Shown here one piece after another: positions 56,499 through 64,000 of a DNA stretch of 64,000 nucleotides (position 1 is the first letter of the stretch; the number at the start of each line of letters is the position of its first letter). The translations under genes were made by a program, and so were the position numbers. The notes below the pieces were generated by a model, which made no database searches, was not told the DNA's origin, and saw only the letters and a list, made by a program, of their open reading frames with translations. Origin of the DNA: Candidatus Thorarchaeota archaeon (GTDB lineage Archaea; Asgardarchaeota; Thorarchaeia; Thorarchaeales; Thorarchaeaceae); NCBI GenBank assembly GCA_048882045.1, contig JBHLRZ010000019.1, forward strand, positions 1-64,000, written 5' to 3'.

Positions 56499-58511
56499 AT
56501 GGAAACGCTTGAGCACAACGGCGTTCTGGTACTTGAGTCGCCTGAACAACGAGGTCTTGCCATCACAGTCCGAGGCAAAAAGGTAGTCCTTTCACAGCTC
56601 CAAGAGGAAATGGCTGTAGCTTGGGTAAAGAAGCTCGGTACACCATATGTCGAGGATCAAGTGTTTGCAAAGAATTTCATGACGGACTTTAGTAAAGCAC
56701 TCAAAATAAGTCCCAGACTCAAGGTGGAAGAGGTTGATTTCTCCGAGGTCATTCAGGTCGTTGAGGAAGAACGCGCTTTCAAGGAGAAACTGACATCAGG
56801 GGAGAAGAAGGCAGCCAGGGAAGAACGGAAGGTTATCCGTGAGGAACTCAAGGAGAAGTATGGTTACGCACTCGTCGATGGAGAGCAGATGGAACTTGGC
56901 AACTATCAGACGGAACCATCTGGAATCTTCATGGGTCGAGGGCAGCACCCACTCAGGGGTCGTTGGAAACAGGGGGCCACGAAGAAAGATATCACCCTGA
57001 ACATCGATCCAAAGGCTGCAACACATCTCGAAGGTGACTGGGGAGAACTTGTTTGGGCTCCAGAAACAATGTGGATTGCTAAGTGGACTGATGAACTCAC
57101 TGGTAAAGTGAAGTATATCTGGTTGCATGACAGCACACCAATAAAACAGGAACGTGAGGAGGCAAAGTTCGACAAAGCTCTGAAGGTGGAGCGTCAAATT
57201 GACGAAATCCGGGCTCACATCAGAGATGGGCTTAGTTCGGATAAACCTAAGAGAAGGATGGTCGCTGCAGCATGCTATTTGATTGACAGTCTCAGTCTAA
57301 GGGTTGGAGATGAGAAGGACCCAGAGGAAGCCGACACTGTAGGAGCTACAACACTTCGTGCTGAACATCTCACCTTCAAGAATGGACTTGTTGTTTTCAA
57401 TTTCTTGGGTAAAGATAGTGTCCAGTGGCACAAGGAGATTGAACTACCCCCTGATGTCTATGAGGTCTTAGAAGAGCTCTACAACAACGCTCTCGAAAGA
57501 ATCGAGTCTTTCAAGAACCGCAAGGGAGGAAGGACTAATGCAGATCCGAAGAAGATTGCCCAGATTTTTCCGAGTATTCGAAGCACGCATGTGAACAGAT
57601 TTCTCAGTGAGGTTGACCCAGATTTAACTGCTAAGGTATTCAGAACCTATCACGCCTCTATTGTTATGCGTGAGGAACTCAGGAATAGTAAAGCAAGAAA
57701 GACCGATCCTGAATTCCTAAAGAAAGAGGCGTTCAAGAGAGCAAATCTTGAAGTTGCTCGTGTGATGAACCATACAAAGCAAGCTCCCAAGGGTTGGAGT
57801 CAGAGTGCTGACAGATACAAGGACCGCATCAAGAAGGTTGATGCTAGAATTGCAAAGGCTCAAGCCCAGCTCAAAGAGCGGCAACAACATCGTAGAAAGG
57901 TGAAGAAGAAAGAAGACGAACAGCGACAAAGCAAGCAGGCGCGTATCTCGAAACAGAAGGCAATAGTCGAGAACTATATGGCATCTGTCAGGTCTTGGCG
58001 TGAGAAGCGTGACAAGGCAAAGGCGACTTGGGACAATGCTAGGGCCCGGAAAAGTCGTACTAGGTCAAGTAAGCGGAAGGGAAAGACGACAAAGAAAGAA
58101 CGTCTCGAACAGGCTCAGGAGAGTATCGAACGTGCTCGAGATCGGCTTGACAAGGCTGAGGTTGGTCTTGCAAATGCCCGTCAGCGACACCAAAAAGCAA
58201 AGGAGTCCGTTGAAAAGCAGCAGAAGTCCTTCAATGATTGGAAGGAAAAGTCTGCCAAAAGATTGGCTACTGCTGACAGACGTGTTGAAACACTGATAGA
58301 ACGTGTGAAGAAAGCCGAAATCGCGAAAAAGAAGATTGAAACTGACTTCGCCCTTGCCAGGGACTCACGCACCTGGAACCTCGGCACATCTCTGAAGTCG
58401 TATGTCCATCCAAAGATAGTGTACAAGTGGTGTGACAGGGTTGACTATGACTGGAGAAAGGTCTACACCAAAGCCCTCCAGAGAAAGTTTGAGGGGTGGA
58501 TTGCCAATTAG
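56499..58511 (+). CDS. top1B: Type IB DNA topoisomerase (eukaryote-like long form)
   Basis: LEHNG, GRGQHPLRG; catalytic residues in LRVG, FLGKD, KVFRTY, MNH, GTSLKSY. Confidence 0.95.
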   Translation: METLEHNGVLVLESPEQRGLAITVRGKKVVLSQLQEEMAVAWVKKLGTPYVEDQVFAKNFMTDFSKALKISPRLKVEEVDFSEVIQVVEEERAFKEKLTSGEKKAAREERKVIREELKEKYGYALVDGEQMELGNYQTEPSGIFMGRGQHPLRGRWKQGATKKDITLNIDPKAATHLEGDWGELVWAPETMWIAKWTDELTGKVKYIWLHDSTPIKQEREEAKFDKALKVERQIDEIRAHIRDGLSSDKPKRRMVAAACYLIDSLSLRVGDEKDPEEADTVGATTLRAEHLTFKNGLVVFNFLGKDSVQWHKEIELPPDVYEVLEELYNNALERIESFKNRKGGRTNADPKKIAQIFPSIRSTHVNRFLSEVDPDLTAKVFRTYHASIVMREELRNSKARKTDPEFLKKEAFKRANLEVARVMNHTKQAPKGWSQSADRYKDRIKKVDARIAKAQAQLKERQQHRRKVKKKEDEQRQSKQARISKQKAIVENYMASVRSWREKRDKAKATWDNARARKSRTRSSKRKGKTTKKERLEQAQESIERARDRLDKAEVGLANARQRHQKAKESVEKQQKSFNDWKEKSAKRLATADRRVETLIERVKKAEIAKKKIETDFALARDSRTWNLGTSLKSYVHPKIVYKWCDRVDYDWRKVYTKALQRKFEGWIAN

Positions 58512-58513
58512 CC

Positions 58514-58930
58514 CTACTCCTCCTTCAGAATACTAGTTCTAATCCTGCGCTCAATTTCATCCCTGGTTTCTCTGAACGCGAACAGAATCTCGTTATATGT
58601 CCCTTCAAATGCTGCTGGGTCCTTAAGGGACCAGTGCTCCATCATCTTGGTACTGGGAAAATGTGGACACGTCTTCTTGGCTCTATCACAGACTGTAACA
58701 ACAAGGTCGAAGTGCTCATTCACAAAATCATTGACAAGCTTTGGAAACAGTCCGTCGATTGGAATCCCTTTTTCCTTCAGAGCTTCGATGGCAAAAGGAT
58801 TGACTTCTGACTGAGGTTTTGTACCTGCACTTTTCACTTCGAACTCGTTTCCCCCAAGATGTCGAAGAAGTGCCTCTGCCATCTGACTCCTAGCTGAGTT
58901 GCCTGTACAGAGAAAGAGAATCCTTTGCAT
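58514..58930 (-). CDS. arsC: Arsenate reductase / LMW phosphatase family
   Basis: CTGNSARSQMAEA, TVCD...CP, HWSLKDP. Confidence 0.9.
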   Translation of the reverse strand: MQRILFLCTGNSARSQMAEALLRHLGGNEFEVKSAGTKPQSEVNPFAIEALKEKGIPIDGLFPKLVNDFVNEHFDLVVTVCDRAKKTCPHFPSTKMMEHWSLKDPAAFEGTYNEILFAFRETRDEIERRIRTSILKEE

Positions 58931-58981
58931 GGTTCGACATGAGGTTACTGGCCTTTCAAGGATTTGCATATGAAACATAGG

Positions 58982-59821
58982 TCATGCAGCAGGATTGAAC
59001 TTGACAGCTGTGGTTTCAATAGACTCTCCAAGAACCGTGGGGTTCGTCAATCCCAGATCATAATCTGACGTGTCCATAATGTGCCGGACCTGTTCAGGTT
59101 CAAAACCCATTATGCGCGCCATGGTTGAATCTGCGGACACAGCTCCATGACTAATTATGAATGTGTCCAGTTTCATGGTCTTAGGACCATTCCATCCTTC
59201 AACACCTACCCTAGCGTCCACGATGTTCAGGTCTGGTCTGATAATCCTTGCCAAATCTACAATCACTTCGTTAATCTTGGGATGATAGAATGCCTGATCC
59301 TTACGTGGGAGAGTTCCAAAGAGGTTCTTCAAAACACCAGTGATAAACGATAGGTAGTGAGTCTTGGGTATAGCCACAGAGATGAAATATCCTGCATTGA
59401 GGAGAATCTCTGGCAGTTTTGGATTTTCAAAGTAATCACCACGGAAATCCACATCTACAAGTGGAGCCCTGCTGAGGTCAACAGTACTGACATCAAATCC
59501 AGATTTCTGATTGTCTTCACATAATTTTGAATACCCAAACTTCTGAAAGGCCTCCTGTGCATTCTTACTCTGACTGTCAGATTCGACAATCTTGATTGAC
59601 AAACGCTCATCATCCTTCAACAAGAGCTCGATCAACGCAGAAATAGTTTCAACCCGTGTAACAGAATAGCCTGTGCCATCATTGATTGTACAGATGTTTG
59701 GTTTTATCACGACTGGGGACTCTAGTGGGCCAAAACCACCAATTAGCTCAAGTCCTTCTCTTAGAGCTTCAATGACGTTGTCTTTGTACTTTACAAGAGC
59801 AACAGAATTCACAACTGACAA
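58982..59821 (-). CDS. DUF362 family protein
   Basis: VIKPN, PKTH, LKNLFG, PDLNIVD, GWNGP. Confidence 0.88.
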   Translation of the reverse strand: MSVVNSVALVKYKDNVIEALREGLELIGGFGPLESPVVIKPNICTINDGTGYSVTRVETISALIELLLKDDERLSIKIVESDSQSKNAQEAFQKFGYSKLCEDNQKSGFDVSTVDLSRAPLVDVDFRGDYFENPKLPEILLNAGYFISVAIPKTHYLSFITGVLKNLFGTLPRKDQAFYHPKINEVIVDLARIIRPDLNIVDARVGVEGWNGPKTMKLDTFIISHGAVSADSTMARIMGFEPEQVRHIMDTSDYDLGLTNPTVLGESIETTAVKFNPAA

Positions 59822-59858
59822 CCTCTTTGCAACGGAGTATCTTCATCCTATAAACTAT

Positions 59859-60425
59859 TCATACAACTATTTTGATTCCAAGACGCATTCCTAGATTATA
59901 AGCCTCTTCCAGTTTCTCCTTGTCCGAGGTTACATGGAAGTCCTCAGGTCCTGTTTCGTTCTTTGAGCAATACAGTATCGAACTAAACTTGAATCTGAAG
60001 TAGTCCTGTACCCTCTCGAAGAATCCAATTGTTGACTGGTAGTGGTAACGATAGGTAAGAATTGCTACAAACTCTTTGTCAACCCAGTACTTCTCGGGGT
60101 CCATTGCTAGAGATTCCATCCTGTCCAATGCAATCTTCATCTGCGCAGTCATGTATCCCCAGTACATCGGAGTTGCCCACACGACAATATCTGCATCCGC
60201 AAAAACCGAGTAAATCTTGTGCATATCATCATCGATTACACACTTGTGCTCTTCTGCTCCAGCACACGACTCACAGCCCTGACACGGTCTGATATTCATA
60301 TCATTCAAGACGAAATCCAAGACCTCAAATTCGCCTGTCTGTTTCACACCATTTACAAAGTGTTCGGCGAGTGTGTCAGAGTTGCCTCCTCTCCTTGGAC
60401 TCCCGTGAAGCACAACCACTCTCAT
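59859..60425 (-). CDS. Flavodoxin-like iron-sulfur flavoprotein
   Basis: GSPRRGGNS, CQGCESC...C, ATPMYW. Confidence 0.9.
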   Translation of the reverse strand: MRVVVLHGSPRRGGNSDTLAEHFVNGVKQTGEFEVLDFVLNDMNIRPCQGCESCAGAEEHKCVIDDDMHKIYSVFADADIVVWATPMYWGYMTAQMKIALDRMESLAMDPEKYWVDKEFVAILTYRYHYQSTIGFFERVQDYFRFKFSSILYCSKNETGPEDFHVTSDKEKLEEAYNLGMRLGIKIVV

Positions 60426-60543
60426 TGAATCATCCCGATTCTAATTCTTGCGAATTTACAAAATAAGATGTCTTTCAGAGCAGTAATGAACACCTATACA
60501 GAATGGCTTTTCAATATGTGATATCCTGGCTTCTTGGTGCATT

Positions 60544-61485
60544 TTGACGCAGGAATGGAAGTATAAAGGTCCCATTTTCGATGCTCATACACACATCGGT
60601 GAGATTGACACGCTTGAAAGGATGCTCAAAATAGAAGATGAGTTCAGTGTGACTGGCCAGATTGCAATAGTACACTCTGAAGAAGGATTCCATGCTGCAC
60701 AGGAAAAGTATCCTGAAAGGTTTGTGTTTGCAAAATACCTCTCTCTCCGTGACATCGCTCAATACAATGTTGAACCAGTCATCGAAGAAATTTCCAAGAC
60801 CAAGGACCAGGGATATTCATTGGCAAAGAGCTGGTTCGGTCCTCGCTGGCGGGACTATGTTGAGGATGTTCCTCCGGATTTTCGAATTGACAGTCCCAAA
60901 CTTGATCCGGTCTTCGAAGCGCTTGAAGACCATGAGCTACCGCTGTTGATTCATGTTGCTGACCCGGACACCTATTTCAAACTACACTATCAAGATACAT
61001 CCAAATATGGCACCAAGGAAGAGAACCTCCTCCAACTCGAAGCTGTGTTAGAGCGACATTCCAAGGTGCTCTTTCAAATCCCTCACTTCGGAGCACAACC
61101 CGAGATACATCGTCTTCCGAATCTTGCTAGTTGGTTGGACCGTTTTCCCAATATCATTCTCGATACTGCGTCCTCTCGATGGATGGCTCGAGAACTGAGT
61201 AAGGATGTTGAGAAAGCTCGTGATTTTCTGATCAAGTATGCTGACAGAATCCTCTTTGGTACAGACCTCGCAGCATATCGGGAGAACATGGAGTACTTTG
61301 GTGCTCGTTACAGGGCACAAAGACTTCTCTGGGAAGCTGACATTCGCAATGAACCACTTCCGTTCGAGGATGCTGACACAAAAGACTCGGGAGGGACATT
61401 CATCAATGGACTTGATCTGCCGCTTAGTGTTCTTCGAAAACTGTATTGGGGAAATGCTGTCAAAACCTATAGATCATCGAAATGA
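60544..61485 (+). CDS. Amidohydrolase family protein
   Basis: DAHTH, LIHVAD, IPHFG, ILFGTD. Confidence 0.9.
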   Translation: MTQEWKYKGPIFDAHTHIGEIDTLERMLKIEDEFSVTGQIAIVHSEEGFHAAQEKYPERFVFAKYLSLRDIAQYNVEPVIEEISKTKDQGYSLAKSWFGPRWRDYVEDVPPDFRIDSPKLDPVFEALEDHELPLLIHVADPDTYFKLHYQDTSKYGTKEENLLQLEAVLERHSKVLFQIPHFGAQPEIHRLPNLASWLDRFPNIILDTASSRWMARELSKDVEKARDFLIKYADRILFGTDLAAYRENMEYFGARYRAQRLLWEADIRNEPLPFEDADTKDSGGTFINGLDLPLSVLRKLYWGNAVKTYRSSK

Positions 61486-61496
61486 GTTCCAACAGA

Positions 61497-61736
61497 CTAA
61501 CGTACACCGTAGATAATCTCAGCGATTCTATCAATTGGGATTATAACCCTGACCTGTTCACTATCCAACTGGGACTTTTCATCGCCCGTAGCAGGTCTAC
61601 CGATTTCAACATAGTTCCTGCTAACATTTTTGACAACGCCTTTCACTAGTTTATGATGCGCCTTGTCTGTGATAACATCAACAACTAATTGTATCGCAAT
61701 TTTATCATTCATAAGGTCTTGTAACTTATTCATCAA
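61497..61736 (-). CDS. Small hypothetical protein, possible Sm-like/SH3 beta barrel
   Basis: VKGVVKNVSRNYVEI...IIPIDRIAEI strand pattern; GGAG upstream. Confidence 0.55.
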   Translation of the reverse strand: MMNKLQDLMNDKIAIQLVVDVITDKAHHKLVKGVVKNVSRNYVEIGRPATGDEKSQLDSEQVRVIIPIDRIAEIIYGVR

Positions 61737-61933
61737 CTTTGTAGCATCTCCTGACTTTCGCGATAATCTCTCATCTAATTTATACTTAATCTCTTGCTCT
61801 ACTGCACACCAGGAGTCTTAGAGACAGTCGAACCTGGAAACGAAGATTGGTTTCTGTAAGACCTCCACCAAATGGACTGTACTTTGACAAGAAACCTCAT
61901 ATGCTGGAATGACCTAACGGACATGGTGTTAGA

Positions 61934-62119
61934 ATGGGCTACTGGCGATTTGATTGCGTTATCGTGTTGTTGATTCTATTGGGATGTCTTCTTATTGTCA
62001 TCGGATCGCTTTTTGCATTTCAGATCGAGTTGATTTTTCTCCTAGTGTACTTGGGATTGGGTTTTCTTCTACTCGGGATAGCTGTGGCGTTAGCCTGGCA
62101 TCCAGAAGACAGTCATTAA
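61934..62119 (+). CDS. Small 2-TM membrane protein
   Basis: 61 aa, two hydrophobic helices. Confidence 0.5.
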   Translation: MGYWRFDCVIVLLILLGCLLIVIGSLFAFQIELIFLLVYLGLGFLLLGIAVALAWHPEDSH

Positions 62120-62125
62120 CTGACA

Positions 62126-62674
62126 TTATTCGAGAACTCCAGTTGAGTTGCCCTCATCCTTTGGTTCTTTAGTAGCATAATAGAACGAACCCCAACCAAA
62201 TGGTATAGCCACTATTAGAGAGTTCATCCCAGTGGCATCGTCATATCCCATCCAGTGGTTGAAAATATTCACGCTCATCCACGCCTCTCCGTAAATCGTC
62301 TGCAGAATGATATCAATCGAGCCAGTAACTGGTGGATCGATTTCAATAGTGGTCATGACACTCGTCACATTACTCGCCTCATAGTATGCCGAGTAATTTT
62401 CTCCTTGGTCCCATGCGCTCCATTCATTATAATTCAACACCACAATGTCAAGAGACCCATTGGTACACTGTAGGAAGATGTCTATAGACTGATTGTGGGA
62501 CCTCCAAGGAAAGTAAGCATGAAGGGGTATCGTCAGACCGCTCATGATACCAGTATCTGCTCCTGTTAGAACCAGTCCCTCTTCTTGGTGGGGGACCGTA
62601 AATGAAAGAGTGGCTCCAACGAGAAACCCAATACACACGCAAGCCAGAACAATTGAAACCCAGTTCCCCCTCAT
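62126..62674 (-). CDS. Membrane-anchored hypothetical protein
   Basis: N-terminal signal/TM, several NxS/T sequons, C-terminal hydrophobic stretch. Confidence 0.65.
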   Translation of the reverse strand: MRGNWVSIVLACVCIGFLVGATLSFTVPHQEEGLVLTGADTGIMSGLTIPLHAYFPWRSHNQSIDIFLQCTNGSLDIVVLNYNEWSAWDQGENYSAYYEASNVTSVMTTIEIDPPVTGSIDIILQTIYGEAWMSVNIFNHWMGYDDATGMNSLIVAIPFGWGSFYYATKEPKDEGNSTGVLE

Positions 62675-62779
62675 TTACATCACTAGATTAAATCACTGAG
62701 CATATCTAATCACTAGAAGATAAATACTTCTCAAGTCAGGAGTGCTTTCAAAGTGATGACGATAAACCCAAATAAGAAA

Positions 62780-62801
62780 TGGTGCGCTCGCCGGGATTTG
62801 A
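62780..62801 (-). repeat. 3'-end fragment of a tRNA (Gly-type acceptor), 22 nt
   Basis: Minus strand TCAAATCCCGGCGAGCGCACCA; matches 63543-63564 at 21/22 positions. Confidence 0.85.
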
Positions 62802-62850
62802 TTATGGATATTTCTTGACCAGTAAAACTGAAAATGGTTTCCGATGAATA

Positions 62851-63528
62851 TTGATACAAAGGAAGGTGGGTTGTACGAAATTTCAGAAATATCAAGAAGC
62901 TCTATTGGTCATCAGCATTCTTGTTGCCTCTTCTTTCGTTCTTCTGATCTATCTGCGTCCATCGCCTATCCCGTCATTTGAATGGAATGTGCAGCAAGGA
63001 GACATGTTCACGTTCTCGATTACAGTTCACAGTTCTATGAACTACACCGAATTAAACAACACACAAATGACTATTGAAGTCAATTGGCTTCCTGGTTTGT
63101 CTAATGAATGGAACTCATCTGAATTCATAAGCGAAGTATTTGAATCAGGAAAGACTTCCTTGATTCTACCAATAATACATGAAAATGGGACTGAAATAAA
63201 CAGCACATTTGCGAATTCTATCAACAACATAGTATCAAGTTGTATTCTACCTATCGGGGGATGGGATATTCTAGATCAATTCTTTCCCAATGATTCCGAC
63301 ACTGGTGACTATGGTTACTACTGTGACACCTACTATTCCTCTGCTGTTGATAATGCGTTTTCAATCGGATATGTGTATTTCAACATCGATGCAGGTTTTG
63401 GTTGGGACAGTCAGATTGATCGAAACACTGGAGTACCTAGAGAAGTCAGGATTTGGAAGTACGGTATGAATGTACCCCTTGAAACATATGATATTACATT
63501 GCGACTACAGACAGGAGAAACTGTCTAG
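62851..63528 (+). CDS. Membrane-anchored secreted protein, unknown function
   Basis: N-terminal TM, FEWNVQQGDMFTF beta-rich ectodomain, many NxS/T sequons. Confidence 0.7.
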   Translation: MIQRKVGCTKFQKYQEALLVISILVASSFVLLIYLRPSPIPSFEWNVQQGDMFTFSITVHSSMNYTELNNTQMTIEVNWLPGLSNEWNSSEFISEVFESGKTSLILPIIHENGTEINSTFANSINNIVSSCILPIGGWDILDQFFPNDSDTGDYGYYCDTYYSSAVDNAFSIGYVYFNIDAGFGWDSQIDRNTGVPREVRIWKYGMNVPLETYDITLRLQTGETV

Positions 63529-63542
63529 TCCTGAAGAAAAAG

Positions 63543-63574
63543 TGGTGCGCTCGCCGGGATTCGAACCCGGGCCT
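63543..63574 (-). repeat. 3'-end fragment of a tRNA (Gly-type acceptor), complete T arm
   Basis: Minus strand AGGCCCGGGTTCGAATCCCGGCGAGCGCACCA with no anticodon or D arm upstream. Confidence 0.88.
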
Positions 63575-63588
63575 TACAAGACCCAGTC

Positions 63589-64000
63589 TTATTCTATAGT
63601 CACTCCTGCGGCATCTTTGGATTCTAGTTGAATCTGTTTTCTCTTTCTTCTTCGTATGTAGATTACACTTCCTGATATGAAAACAGCTGCTCCAAGAACG
63701 CCCCCAATAGAAAGGAGGATTGGATCTACTAGTCCTGTATAGAGCCTCGTCCCCAACGTGTTTCCTTGAGTGGTTCGATAGATGTACCCTCCATTACCTA
63801 CAACCCAGCCATGAGTGAGATTGATGAAATCTATTGCTGTGAGTCTTATATCCGTTGGGAACTCCTGAGAATACCAATCAAGTCCACCGTTTGGTGTGTA
63901 AATCACCTTAGATTCATCACCCACAATCCATCCATTGTTTGCGTCAAGAAATTGGATATCAGAATAATAAGGCAGAAGGGGAGGAGGAAAGGGGGATGTT
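63589..64000 (-). CDS. YCF48/BNR-repeat beta-propeller protein with C-terminal TM anchor (5' partial)
   Basis: DIQFLDANNGWIVG...TPNGGLDW...IDFINLTHGWVVGNGGYIYRT; TM followed by RRRKRK. Confidence 0.8.
   Translation of the reverse strand, partial: TSPFPPPLLPYYSDIQFLDANNGWIVGDESKVIYTPNGGLDWYSQEFPTDIRLTAIDFINLTHGWVVGNGGYIYRTTQGNTLGTRLYTGLVDPILLSIGGVLGAAVFISGSVIYIRRRKRKQIQLESKDAAGVTIE

Noticed and set aside
1-64000. CRISPR array, transposase, integrase or prophage genes
   Set aside because: No regularly spaced repeats and no recognisable recombinase, transposase or virion ORFs were seen.

Overview
This 64-kb window is a gene-dense archaeal core-genome segment, most likely from an Asgard archaeon (probably Thorarchaeia). 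That placement is inferred from type IB topoisomerase, a ribophorin-I-like protein, RPA2 with a winged helix and FtsZ occurring together. The window holds information-processing clusters: Hef, Cdc48, EF-1beta, FEN1, RPA2, aIF2beta, NMD3, aIF1A, RIO1, Dim2/Pno1, Topo VI A/B, Trm112, MtaB, the FtsZ-SecE-Spt5-L11-L1-L10-L12 block, the Rpp21-YhbY-S19e-PDCD5-L39e-L31e-aIF6-LX-prefoldin-FtsY block, Nep1 and Topo IB. Metabolic genes include deoC, aor, gcvPA/PB, thiL and argF, and there are several surface-glycan genes. There are five intact tRNA genes (Gln-TTG, Leu-GAG, Thr-CGT, Arg-TCT, Gly-TCC), two with introns at non-canonical positions. Main unusual signals: (i) tRNA 3'-end remnants that bracket 1-2-gene membrane/secreted cassettes with no integrase in the window, one remnant carrying an intron absent from its intact neighbour; (ii) a 993-aa DOMON[FKBP]-Ig-ribophorin I fusion divergent from aglH; (iii) Spt5 with an inserted C2HC zinc finger; (iv) several unannotated structured RNA candidates; (v) apparent CTG and ACG start codons. 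No CRISPR array, transposase or integrase was seen. All calls come from reading the sequence by eye; no searches were run.
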